Below, one piece after another: positions 50,501 to 61,975 of a stretch of 64,000 nt of DNA (the stretch's first letter is position 1; each line of letters begins with the position of its first letter). The notes beneath the pieces were generated by a model. It searched no databases. It was not told the origin of the DNA and saw only the letters and a program-made list of their open reading frames with translations. The stretch comes from Psammoneis japonica (Eukaryota). The position numbers and the translations under genes are program-made. Where the stretch lies: NCBI GenBank assembly GCA_008632985.1, contig QPGO01000089.1:124001-188000 (forward strand), written 5' to 3'.

Positions 50501-51276
50501 TCGCTGGCAGCTGTTGGAGTGTGTTGATGCTTTTGCTCTGAGATGATGTGTTGTTTTTGTTTGTTGAGCTCAATGTGGCAGTGTCCATGGCTGCCAGCAT
50601 GTTGGGGCTGCTGCTTTCAATTGTGAGATCAACAGGCAACAAAAAAATGGAGACAACAAGAAGCTTGCTCGACTCTCCAGTGCTGCAGACACCACAACAC
50701 TCAACTGCGCCCATCTTTCACACGGGCTCTGACCTCTTTCTCTGCTAGAATCTCCCTCTCTCCCTCATCATTGGAGCTAACTCTGCAATCAACCAGCGAG
50801 CGCAGCCATCCAGGTGGGTCTTCATCTTCATTTTTTTCTCGTGCACTCTTCTTCAACAACCAAGGGAGTGGCATTCTGGAAAGATGCTGATGAGTGTTGG
50901 TCAGGTGTGCTTCTTCGAGTCCAATGTCAGTACATTGCTACATACGTCCTTTTGTACCAGAAACTACGTAACCACGTCACCAGAAGCGCGCCAAAACGCC
51001 ACGTATTGCTTCTACTCGCGGTACTGCCAACGTAGAAAATATACCAAGTCGTACGTGATCGGCATGAAGCTCAAGCTAATCCTGTTTTCACTGCGAGAAC
51101 AAAACAGCTGTTGCATGTCATGCCAAATTGAAAGCTATAATAAAGCAAACAAGAACAAGGTGAACAACGACGAATCAGTTTTATAAACCACGACTCCGCA
51201 TTGCAACTTTTTGACAGAGCCATTTCTCGCTGGAGTAAAAGCAAAGCATTGTGAGCTACAGTACGAAACTACCGTA

Positions 51277-53919
51277 ATGGTGACCCGCTTTGCAACTCTC
51301 GTTTCGTTTCTGGTAGTTTGTTCTTGCTTGGGGTCATATCTGTCGTTGGAGAACAATGTGAGCAGGGGAGGAGCAACAGAAAATACGTCCATTACGACGG
51401 TATTCGAAGAGACTACCAGTGGAAACGAGAAGCAGCAATCAAGTGTTTTGAATAGCACAGAAGCTGTTCGCAGCAACACATTGCAAGAGGAGGAAGACGG
51501 TGTTTATCACGCTGAAGAGGAAGAAGTTTCTCCCGTCGATCATGTTGAAGTTGGAGAAGAAGAAGAAGTGGAGCGATTCCCGTCTCTCAGGAAGCTCAAA
51601 TTATGGACGACACGAAACTCCACCGCAGTCGTCAAGAAGCGAAGGTTTCTGGATCGCATTGCGCTCATTAGCAACGCTCTGTTAAATACCGAACACGATG
51701 CCGTTATTGATACGACGCAGCAAGTTACAGATGCTGTAGATCTCGAAAAGGTGACGCCTCAGTCAGACCTGACAAGGCCCGGCCGACACATTAGTGTCGT
51801 CACGACGGCTGCACTGCCGTGGTTTACGGGAACAGCAGTCAATCCGTTGCTGCGTGCTGCTTATCTCTGTCGCACAACAAAGAAAATCAATAACGACCAA
51901 GGACAATGGGTAACGCTAGTCATTCCCTGGTTGGAGTTGCAGGACGATCAAATGGAACTCTACGGGCAAGTCTTTCAAACGGCAAGGGATCAAGAAGACT
52001 ATATTCGAACGTGGCTCGCCGATCAGGCCGACATGGCAGACGTTGCTGATTCCGAAACTGGACTTCAAATCATGTTTTATCCGGCACGCTACCATGATGG
52101 ACTGAAATCTATTTTTGCAATGGGAGACGTGTGCTCGCTTATACCACATCGTGATGTGTGTATCTTGGAAGAGCCAGAGCATGTAAGTAGTCGACCAGTC
52201 TATGGTTACAATCGAGCACCTCTCCAACCTCTCACATTGTCGTATTATTGCTTTCATCCGCAGTTGAACTGGTATCGAGCACCCGGAGAGGGATGGACGA
52301 AAAAGTTTACATACGTTGTAGGCATTGTGCACACCAACTACAAGGAGTACGCCTCTGCTCACTACTCCGGACTATGGACTGCACCCGCCATTGCGGCTCT
52401 AAGGTATGTTATTCGTTGCCTTGAATCATCATATGGCTACGCTTTTTTACTCATTGTTGATTTGTCAACTGCCTTATTCAGTTCGGCCATGGTTAGGGCC
52501 TACTGTCACAAGGTTATTAAATTGTCAGATGTCTTGCAAACATTTGCACCCGAAAAGGAGGAGACTTCCAATGTTCACGGAGTAAGATCCGAATTTCTAA
52601 AGGAGGGGCGACGCCGCGCTCTGGAAAGCGCAAACAATGAGAATCGACAGGATAATGACATTACGACTCAGGTCTACTTTATTGGAAAGATTCTGTGGGC
52701 CAAGGGACTAGATCTATTGCTGGAAATGCAAAGCTATTGTCGGCAGTACACGGGGGATTACTTCGCTATTGATATATATGGAAACGGACCAGAGCTGGAA
52801 GAAATCAAGAGGTCTTACTTGGGCCGTAAATTCTATCAATCAAACGGAAAGAAGGCAGCCAAGAAGGCGTGGAAACGGGCCAAAAGAGCCAAGAGGGCCA
52901 AGGATAGACGAGCACGCCGACGTCGTATGGCGGCCAGCTCGGACTCGACGATTCGTATCCTTGGAACGAAAATACCTTTTGGCACGAACACTGACGTGGT
53001 GTATAGCGAGAACGATTCGATCAGTTTAGATGGATCTGTAACAGAGGAAGATGACATGTCGGATTTTGTATCGTCTGAAAGTGACGAGTACGATCCAGAC
53101 TCGGCACTTGAAGGAACTTTCAACTCTACTCAACAAGCTCTTGATTATCTTCAGGTTGAGGCACGGCGGAAGCTAGATCAACTCAAGGAAACCATCAAGT
53201 CTACTACGGAATCCTTGGAATTTGATGTACCCAAGTCTTTACACGAATTACGCCGCCAGCCTGTTCCTGCTACATTTCCTGGCCGCGTCGATCATGCATC
53301 AATAAAGAGCCAGCACAAGATTTTTGTCAACCCTTCCATCACTGAAGTTTTGTGCACCACAACAGCGGAGGCTCTGGCAATGGGAAAGTTTGCCATTGTC
53401 CCGCTCCATCCTTCCAATAATTTCTTTCTCAAGTTTCCAAACTGCCTGGCGTATCGCAACAAGTGGGAGTTTGTTGCGAATCTCAAGTGGGCGTTAGCTC
53501 ATGACCCTGAACCGCTGACACCTGAGTTGGCGTACGAGTTCACGTGGGAGGCCGCAACCGAACGTTTCATCAACGCCGCGGCCATTACGTGGGGAGAAGC
53601 TCAGGAACGAGAGCGACTGGGTACCAGCAAACTGGATGAACGGATTGCGTGGTTTCATAATGAATTGGGTAAAGGCGTCAAGGGGGACGCGTTACGAAAG
53701 GTTTTAGGGGCCGGACCGGCTAGTCATCAACACAGATATCTTAAGCAGCAGCAAGTCGCTTTAGAGATGGAAGACTCGGCAAAAGAACTCTTCGCTGAAG
53801 GTGGTGAAGAGGTAGACGAAGATGAAGATGAGGGTCTCCCGATCAAGTTTCGCAGGTCGTCCTTAGCGGAAGCACTTCGATCTACCGTCATCAATGGCTC
53901 GCCAAGCATCATTTCGTGA
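51277..53919 (+). CDS. DGD: Digalactosyldiacylglycerol synthase (GT4 glycosyltransferase) with an N-terminal signal peptide and two introns
   Basis: VVTTAALPWFTGTAVNPLLRAAYL, ILEEPEHLNWY, NVHGVR, FVNPSITEVLCTTTAEALAMGK; GT-AG introns at 52183-52263 and 52404-52481. Confidence 0.93.
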   Translation: MVTRFATLVSFLVVCSCLGSYLSLENNVSRGGATENTSITTVFEETTSGNEKQQSSVLNSTEAVRSNTLQEEEDGVYHAEEEEVSPVDHVEVGEEEEVERFPSLRKLKLWTTRNSTAVVKKRRFLDRIALISNALLNTEHDAVIDTTQQVTDAVDLEKVTPQSDLTRPGRHISVVTTAALPWFTGTAVNPLLRAAYLCRTTKKINNDQGQWVTLVIPWLELQDDQMELYGQVFQTARDQEDYIRTWLADQADMADVADSETGLQIMFYPARYHDGLKSIFAMGDVCSLIPHRDVCILEEPEHVSSRPVYGYNRAPLQPLTLSYYCFHPQLNWYRAPGEGWTKKFTYVVGIVHTNYKEYASAHYSGLWTAPAIAALRYVIRCLESSYGYAFLLIVDLSTALFSSAMVRAYCHKVIKLSDVLQTFAPEKEETSNVHGVRSEFLKEGRRRALESANNENRQDNDITTQVYFIGKILWAKGLDLLLEMQSYCRQYTGDYFAIDIYGNGPELEEIKRSYLGRKFYQSNGKKAAKKAWKRAKRAKRAKDRRARRRRMAASSDSTIRILGTKIPFGTNTDVVYSENDSISLDGSVTEEDDMSDFVSSESDEYDPDSALEGTFNSTQQALDYLQVEARRKLDQLKETIKSTTESLEFDVPKSLHELRRQPVPATFPGRVDHASIKSQHKIFVNPSITEVLCTTTAEALAMGKFAIVPLHPSNNFFLKFPNCLAYRNKWEFVANLKWALAHDPEPLTPELAYEFTWEAATERFINAAAITWGEAQERERLGTSKLDERIAWFHNELGKGVKGDALRKVLGAGPASHQHRYLKQQQVALEMEDSAKELFAEGGEEVDEDEDEGLPIKFRRSSLAEALRSTVINGSPSIIS

Positions 53920-54452
53920 ACGCAATTACACAATGCACAAGGTCCTATTCTCAAATTCACCCACAGAATAGAGTCATGAACAAGAAAAAATATGCTATGG
54001 GTGAAACTCTTCGGTACAGATAGATAGTTCCACATTCAGGATTCATACATCACGGGAGATGCTCTCTGCCAAACTGGACTTTTCATGAAGTTTCGTCACT
54101 GTCTCTCTCGCTAGTTGTACTAGCTAGAGGCCAACATGCGTCGATACCTGCTAGAATACTGTACAGTGCTACAAAATGGGCATGAATGGAGACAATACCG
54201 GGTACATTGGTTTTGGCCGAGAAGGACTCCTCAGGCAGGACAGACTGACAGACTCAGTTAAGCAGCCATTCTCAGTTGATGGACAGACGTTAGTGGAGGG
54301 AGTTTTTTGAAATTTTGAAAATGACCGACGCGAAAATGACCGAGCACGGAAATTCCCATCCGACGCCATGATGTCCGAAACCACATAAGAAGCTTAACTC
54401 CGAAAGGGTTGATGCATCTTTCGAAAACAAGGCGATAGTGCCATTGTTAACC

Positions 54453-55757
54453 ATGAAAGTTGTTGTTTATGTTTTACTTGCGGTCATTACATTGTCTCTA
54501 TGGACGATTTTCTACTATGGACGAAACGCGATGGATGTTACAACTTTTGTAGGCGACGAGTGGCAGCCAACAGAGGCAGAGACAACTAGAGTAATGATGG
54601 AGCGCGGGATAAAGCCACTGTTAATCCTTCATGTTGGGCCTGGCAAGACCGGTACCACGACCGTTCAATGGTTTGCGGAAGAGAACGGACCTCTGCTGGA
54701 AGAGGACAACTTTTATTATCTCGCCCAAGAACGACACGCCTTGGCAAGGACATGTCGAAGCAAGTCGCTACTCGATGAATGCAACGCAGCATGGAAAGAG
54801 TTCCACAGACTTCTGGAGCACCATTATAATGAAGGACACAACGTATTTGTGTCGGAAGAAGGCTTCTCAGCATGGGACGACGAAGAAACGGAACAAGCTT
54901 TCGTGTGGAATCAGTTTGAGCCTTTGAAGAAAAAGTGGAGAATCCGGGTCATCTACGTCTATCGCCGCTACTTCGAATGGGTCCCCAGCAAGTATGCACA
55001 AGCATACAATCCAAAAGCCGTTGGAGGACAAAGAGACTTGTGGCCAGACGCCGGTGGCACCCGTATCCCGTCGTTTCCTGAATATTTTACGAGCAAGCAG
55101 AAGCGACCTTACAAACACCCTCTGGCATACGTGAAGCGATGGCAACAACGCTTCAGCGACGAGGACAGCAGTGTCATTATCTTCAATATGCATATGGAAG
55201 GAGAATTTCTATCTAATTTTTACTGCACCATGATTCCCGAAGCCGAAACTGTGTGCAATCACTTAACTGCCAAAGCAATGGGCGAGCAGTCAAAAAATAA
55301 GAGCTCTGTGGTGCTAAATCAATCTTCTGATAAAACGCTGACGCTTCAGTACGACTTGATCGCTGTTGAAGCTTACAAGCGAAAATGGTTTAAGCCCCAG
55401 TTTCAGCGTGCTCTAGTCCGGCAAGCGGTGGAGCAACATGCAACACAAGACTTAAAGATGACGGAAACCAAGAAGTTCCCAATGGATTGTCTGTCGTCCA
55501 AGGATACATCTGCGCTGTTGGAGCAATCCATAAGAATGGAAAAAGAAATGATTTCTAAATATCATTCCAAAGACGAGCTAGAAGAAAGGTTTCAAGAAGC
55601 TGTCAATCGAAAGCTCTTCTGTTCGGTTCATGTTGACAAGCTCTTGACATACAAGTGGGAGTATTTTTTTCGATCCTTGAATTTAGACAAACTAAGCAAG
55701 ATGGACAAGCAAAAGAGCAAAAATAAGAATGATAAGCAGCCAGAAAGAGTTGCTTGA
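54453..55757 (+). CDS. Type II membrane protein, sulfotransferase-like/P-loop fold (family uncertain)
   Basis: N-terminal TM anchor, LILHVGPGKTGTTTVQ, FVSEEGFS and IYVYRRYFEW; intact 434-aa frame. Confidence 0.7.
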   Translation: MKVVVYVLLAVITLSLWTIFYYGRNAMDVTTFVGDEWQPTEAETTRVMMERGIKPLLILHVGPGKTGTTTVQWFAEENGPLLEEDNFYYLAQERHALARTCRSKSLLDECNAAWKEFHRLLEHHYNEGHNVFVSEEGFSAWDDEETEQAFVWNQFEPLKKKWRIRVIYVYRRYFEWVPSKYAQAYNPKAVGGQRDLWPDAGGTRIPSFPEYFTSKQKRPYKHPLAYVKRWQQRFSDEDSSVIIFNMHMEGEFLSNFYCTMIPEAETVCNHLTAKAMGEQSKNKSSVVLNQSSDKTLTLQYDLIAVEAYKRKWFKPQFQRALVRQAVEQHATQDLKMTETKKFPMDCLSSKDTSALLEQSIRMEKEMISKYHSKDELEERFQEAVNRKLFCSVHVDKLLTYKWEYFFRSLNLDKLSKMDKQKSKNKNDKQPERVA

Positions 55758-56149
55758 ATAAGCAGCAATTTCTTTCTGAAGCAGGACTGGTACAGCCAGA
55801 ATCACCAACTCAATTCTTTGCACAGCAACATGCTCGGGTAGAACAGTGCCGTCCATTCCGCGGAAGGTGCTTAAACCTATATGGTAGAAGCAGATAGCTT
55901 GACGCCAGCTGTGCTGACGAGCAGAGTGACTCTAGCACAGCGCGAATCCATCCACGTCACTCCCTCCCACTCAGATCTCTTTCGAAGGACCGAACTTGCA
56001 TCACGACGATGGACTTCCAAGAGATTCGAAGGAAGACGTTACTTTGGGCTGCACGATCGCAGCTGAGACCTCGCATTGTCGGCATCTTTTTGCTTGTTTA
56101 TAGTTGAAGTATTGACGATTCATCGCGATTCTGTTCAAACGAAATAGAA

Positions 56150-57160
56150 ATCCACTCGCGCTCCTTCTCGTTGCGAGTTCCCAGATTGTTTCAACGAAGG
56201 CCTTTACAACGCCCAAGCCTCGTTCACAGCCGGAAGCGGTCCAAGATGGAGTCAACCTGCCTCCGACTAGTAGAAGAACACGGGCGACGTCGATGTTGGC
56301 CGCCTCCGTGCCATGGCAGCTAAGTACCGAGCCGAAGCCACAGCATTAGAGGCGGAACGATCTCAACAAGCTGCACAAGTAGCAGAAAGAGCCTTTGCTA
56401 AGTTCGATAGCAACGATGATGGCGAAATCTCGCTCTTGCAACTCAAGGACGTCCCAGAGAAGCAACTCAACACCGACTTGCCCCAAAATTGTGTCGAAGA
56501 GCTAATGATGAAAGTTGATACATCTGAAGACAAAAAATTGCAACTGGAATCGGTTGTCGGCGTGGAACGATTCAAAACGGCTCTGGCAGAGTTCTTCGGG
56601 ACGAAAGGAAGCGTTCTCTCGAAATGCAAGCAAACGCGAAATGAGGCCTATCAAGATCGCCGAGATTTTGAACGACAAGCCACCAACGAACTTAGACAAA
56701 GTACTGTCTGTGATACACAACGTCTTTCCTCTTCTCTATACTCTTCCCTACACCAGCTTTCTGATAATGTACAATCCAGACAATCCAGTCACGCAGTGGA
56801 TCGCGGCAGTTTACTTTGTATACCGCTCCATTCCACTAAGCAGCTTCATTGCCACCTTGTCATTGACCTTTTTGTCAAGAATTCAGCTCATCAATCGTCT
56901 CATTCGTTTCAACTTACCTTGACATTGTCCTGTTTATCCCGTATCGCATTTGACGGGCCAGCAGGTACCAGTGGGCGCGGTAGCGACTGCCAGCAATGCT
57001 TTGTTCTTTACGTCCTTGTCCGCCATTTGTACGCCTGTGCCAGCTCTTTGTCCGGCCAGGAACCCGACAAAATGCCAATTGTTTCCAGTCCAGCCGAGTG
57101 AAAGGATTGCTTCCTACGGTGGAATTACCGAAGGACATTACCGGTATCGGGGGGCAAACT
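56150..57160 (+). pseudogene. EF-hand plus Tic20-like plastid protein, frameshifted
   Basis: FDSNDDGEISL EF-hand, then in another frame DKVLSV...FPLL...YRSIPL...INRLIRFNL (Tic20-like); multiple frame breaks. Confidence 0.65.
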
Positions 57161-60100
57161 AACCAAAACTAACAGTAAACGAGATAACAAGAACAGCGAT
57201 GAGAAGAACGACTAAAGAAATGGTAGCCTACAATTATCGAAGAAACATTTGTGTAAAAACTTCTACGGTACTCGCCACGACTAGCAAAATGATATAACAC
57301 GCAAAACAACAACCAATACAGATCTTGTAGGGTTTGTGTGAATCGTAGCAGACAAGAGCTCCTTGTGCCACGATTCTGGTAGGTACAGATCGGCCAATTG
57401 CTCCTTTAATTTGACCGTCCAATCCACGACGCACGATCCCACCCATCCGCCATCCGCTCCAATCGGCAGACCTCATTTTCCTTGCTAGGGGCATGATGAC
57501 TGCTGCGAATACACACCGATCATACCAGCCTTGACGAATCGGTTCCGGAACTTGGGTCCACACGAACACCCTGTCCTGAACTAGTTGCACCATGTTAGGG
57601 TCGAGTTCCATAACTTGCGTGATGGGAGCCAACGGGAGAGGAACATCAAATCCCAAAAGCCTCGCACAATACGTCAAGGAAGAGGTATCAGGTCGTGGCT
57701 AACGCAGCTCACTCCACTTATACAATTCGGCGCCATTAGGAAGACACTAGGGCGGAGGGTTTGTCTGATTCAGAGGGAACCTGCAGTCGTTTTTGTCGTT
57801 CCGGTTGTTGTCGTTGTGAGGGAGCGGAAAAGGAGGAGGCGGAGAAGACATTGGTATGTGCCCCGGCGTAACTGGACAAGCAGGCTGAGGAACCATGTGG
57901 GTGTCACGGGAGGATACTGAACGTGTTCCACTGCTGCGGTACAACTTGACCCGCTGCTGTCATATTTCTTGCTATTGGCCGTGATTGAATCGCAGTATCA
58001 TTGTTGCTAATGTTTGTTGCTGCTGTTTCTTACGTTGTAGTGCCCCACTAGCTGCTTCTACTTGCTGTGATAATATGAACGAAACACTCGGAGTTGGAGC
58101 TACTTGTTTTATTGGAAGCAACAACCGGAATCATCTAGAGAGAAACTTTAGTATTATGAATTTGTTCCTTTCCCCTACACACATCTTTGTCAGCCAGGCC
58201 AGAAATAAAGGCAATTACGCTTTCACTTTTCCAGCATGGCGTCATTCTTTTCCTCATTGAACCGTCCGCATGGACAGTGTGAGAAAAACCGCAAGTGTTT
58301 GCGCACTTCCATTGACTTGCAAAAAACAGAAACTGCCACAAAGCCTGCGTGCATCATCCACCACGACGAGGGTCCTCAGGCAAGTCGGATGCTCCGTGAA
58401 TGTCATTCCGTCTCCCACCACTGGCGGAGGAAGAACAACCGCTGCCATCACTCGATCGACTCCCTGACCATGCCACACGATTGAATCCTGTGCATGCCCC
58501 GAATGCCACCAAGAACATCAAGGCTGCAGTCGTTTTACAATGTCAAATTATGTGAGACGACAAGACCAGACCACCACACCAACAAACGCAGAACTTTGCG
58601 CTTTTTCTCGCCTCCTTTCGGCCCCAACATTTACGATACGAGTGCCAGCACAAAAAGAAATTGACGAGCGTCCAAATTGAAACCAAACACATCAAAAGTA
58701 CCGCTGAACAACGGTCCCGAGGACGACTCCGCATCGCCATTTGGTACCATCACTGCCTCTCCATTGGCGTTGATTTTTTTTCGATTACCCATGTTGCTAA
58801 CTTCAAAATAGGTTGGTGATAAGGTACAGAAGGTATTTCGTTTTCAGTGTGAATCGCATTGCTATGCGATTGTGATATGATGTGTTTCGCGTTTCGCGTT
58901 CGTGCTTCGCATCATGCATGCGGCATGCGCGTTCAAAGTGTGATGCGTGATGATGCTGGGCTTATTTTGGGATCGCATCGTGCACCAATTTCAGCCAGCC
59001 CGAGCTCTCTCTCTCTCCTCAACATGCAAGGGAAGCAGGTAAAGAAGAATGGGAATAAGAGGCTGGTGGTGGTGGTTCAGGGAAGCACAGCTCTGACTGT
59101 GCCAGCTGCTGACAAAACTCAGACTCCAAAGATGCCTGCTCACATTCCCCTGGTGGCATCTCATTCATGGTGTGGTGTGGAAGAAACCCATGATTCACTG
59201 TGCACACACCAGGAGCACCTTGGAAGTCCAGTTGGCTCCAGAAGCATGCATCGTTGATGCATTTGTTGTGGACTGATTTTGAGTCCATGCACAAAAACAC
59301 CAGCCTCTGGCTGAACCTGTCCTTGTTGTCTGGTTCTTGGTTGCTCTCTTTCTTTTTGTGTTCTTTCTGATCAGTGCATCCTTGAGTTGACGAGCCAGTG
59401 CACAGAGAGATCTTGCACCATCTGGTCAGCTGCATTGCACAGCTTTTGTTTGGTGACATCCATTGCAGCTGCCGCGCCATTCGATGCAAGAGAGGTTCTC
59501 TTGATTGTGGGTGTTGTCTGCTTTCTCAAGAGTTTCTTTGGGAGCTGGTCTGTCTTGATGGTTGCAATGCACGCTCTGATGCACGCAGAAACTTGCACCA
59601 CCAGAGAGGACAATGCACAGTGCACAGTGCACTGCAAGGCACCATGACAAAGCTCACACCACTGCTGTTGCAGCCTCCCCACCCTCGTTCCAGCTCTTGC
59701 ACGAGGTTTCCTTCATGAACAATTTTCGGTGTGCCAAAGCTGGCACTGAGGATGTCAATGCCATGTCAGTCCAGTGGCCAGCCACACCTTCTGCTCAGAT
59801 AGCATCCAGTCAAGGCCGTGGAAGTTGCATTGTTCGATGCATTGAGTGAGCTCTGTGTTCAATGTGGCACCAGCCAATGACGTGATTGTGGCAAGGAACT
59901 TTGTCAAATGTGGGCGCACAAGGAAAGGATGCATGTGCGCTGCAATGATGATGGAAGAAATGGGAGAGTTGCGCTGACTGGAGGTCATGCCTGTTGTCAA
60001 GTGTGGTCTCTCTTGATTTGTCATGTTCGTGTCATGTCATTTCTGGCACGCTGGGGTGCAAGAAAACAAGTGGGAATCAACAACTTTGGTGCATCGAACA

Positions 60101-60223
60101 GCACCAGCAAGGTTTACGAGGCACACTGGGAATCACATCACAGCACAGTCAAGGACAAATTGAGGGAAACAGAGCTCAACTGTGCAATCTGCAATTTCTA
60201 AATCTAGTGCCAGACCTGCACTC

Positions 60224-60611
60224 GACGCGTTCCAGGTCTAGGTGGGACCTCGCACTACTGAACTGTGACATCGATAGTTTTTTGAATCACGTCGTATGTG
60301 TGCACGTAGATTTCTACGTGATTTTCTTGATATTTTGTGTCATTTTACGGTACACTTATTGAGCGATCCGTCCAACAACTTTTGACATTTTTTGTTATAG
60401 CGCGATTCTATAATGTCTTAAGAATCGCGTAGGGCGGGTGCATTTGCAAAAACGTCGAGTGGTAAGAGGCATAATTGTACCACAAACTTGGCCGTTTATT
60501 GATGTTGAAGATAAATATATCCATTAATTAAATTCTCGTACTACGGAGCTCGCACGTAGAATTCTACGGGCCCAATGTCACACGGAGTCCCACCTAGGGC
60601 TGGAACGCGTC
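60224..60611. mobile_element. MITE, 388 bp, 25-bp TIRs (2 mismatches), 4-bp TSD ACTC; TpA-rich and apparently unmutated
   Basis: gacgcgttccaggtctaggtgggac at 60224-60248 versus the reverse complement at 60587-60611; actc at 60220-60223 and 60612-60615. Confidence 0.88.
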
Positions 60612-61034
60612 ACTCGAGTCCAACCCGAGTGTTGCTCAATTGATTGGCCGCACCCATCTGCTCCATTTCTGGTTTTTGTTTCTCACTTCTGGCGGGTGTG
60701 TTTCATCTTCCACCAGATCCATTGACCCACGCAACATCTGGCGACATTCTTCATCAAGATCCTTGGACTAAACTGTTTGTTGCAAAATCTCAATTTGCTC
60801 AGTGGTCAAGTCCCAACACTGTTCTTCCGTGCCTGTTGACTCCTCTAAATTGTCCTCCAAAGACGGAAACCAGCCGGAAGTCCACCAACCATTGAAGCTG
60901 AGGCACTTCTCTGTGGCTTGTGGGCTGATGGTTGTGACAAAGTGGGGAGCATCTGCATGAACTGAAAACAGCAACAAAAAGTGTTGCAGCTTGCGTGGAC
61001 ACATGAGTTGTGAGCCTCTTCTGGAACCCAATCT

Positions 61035-61975
61035 GCTGCAACACACAGCTGCCAATGAGAGTCAATGTATCACGGCGACGTGTCACAGCCTTTAAATGTC
61101 ACAAAGGGCGTGACAAAAATGACCTTTTGTCTGCATGCATGCTTCATTGTGAGTTCATGGCGGAGTGGTGCATCGCAACCACCAGGCAGGAGGCCAGGGG
61201 TTCGAAACCCGAGTGGGAGTTGTCTGCAGCAACATTGATCACTGTCGAACGCGTAAAACTCTGTGCAGTTCTGCACGTTCCTTCGTACGTACCCACACTG
61301 TTCCGCCAAAACCGTGCAGCGTCAGCACACGTCAGCAAAGAGCCGCATGGACGCGCGATGCATGGGGAGGAGTGCAACACACAGCTGCCAACAAGAGCCA
61401 TCACCAGTGAGACATTCTGTCACTTGGCGGCCCTGATCATGGGGGAGTGTGCAGCATGCCTCGCCACTGGACAACACGGCGAGACCGTGCATGAGCCTCT
61501 TGTGCGTGGCAACGCAGTGTTGTTGACACGCACCTGGGAAGCACGACCACAGGAGCACACTGGCCCGTCATCTGGCCCACGATGGCAGCGTGATTCCACA
61601 CGATGACATCACTCGTGCATGGCGCGTGATGGCTTGACACATCGCAACCACCACGCAGGAGGCCAGGGGTTCGAAACCCGAGTGGGAGTTGTCTGCAGCA
61701 ACGTTGATCACTGTCGAACGCGCAAAACTCTGTGCAGTTCTGTGTGTTCCTTCGCACGCACCCACACTGTTCCGCCAAAACCGTGCAGTGTCAGCACACA
61801 CCAGTGAAGAGCCGCATGGGCGCGTGACACATGGGGAGGAGTGCAACACACAGCTGCCAATGAGAGTCAATGCATCACGGCGACGTGTTGCAGCCTTTGA
61901 GTGTCACAAAGGGCGTGACAAAAACAACCTTTTGTCTGCATGCATGCTTCGCTGCAAAGAAACAAACAGAGCAAG
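61035..61975. repeat. Diverged direct repeats (61171-61390 vs 61640-61860; 61035-61145 vs 61842-61950)
   Basis: Collinear copies differing mostly at TA, CA, TG and CG dinucleotides. Confidence 0.9.

Larger units (their letters stand above)
45560..50930. other. TpA/CpG-depleted repeat domain 2
   Basis: TA and CG are nearly absent by eye, with an abrupt return to normal composition near 50930. Confidence 0.9.
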
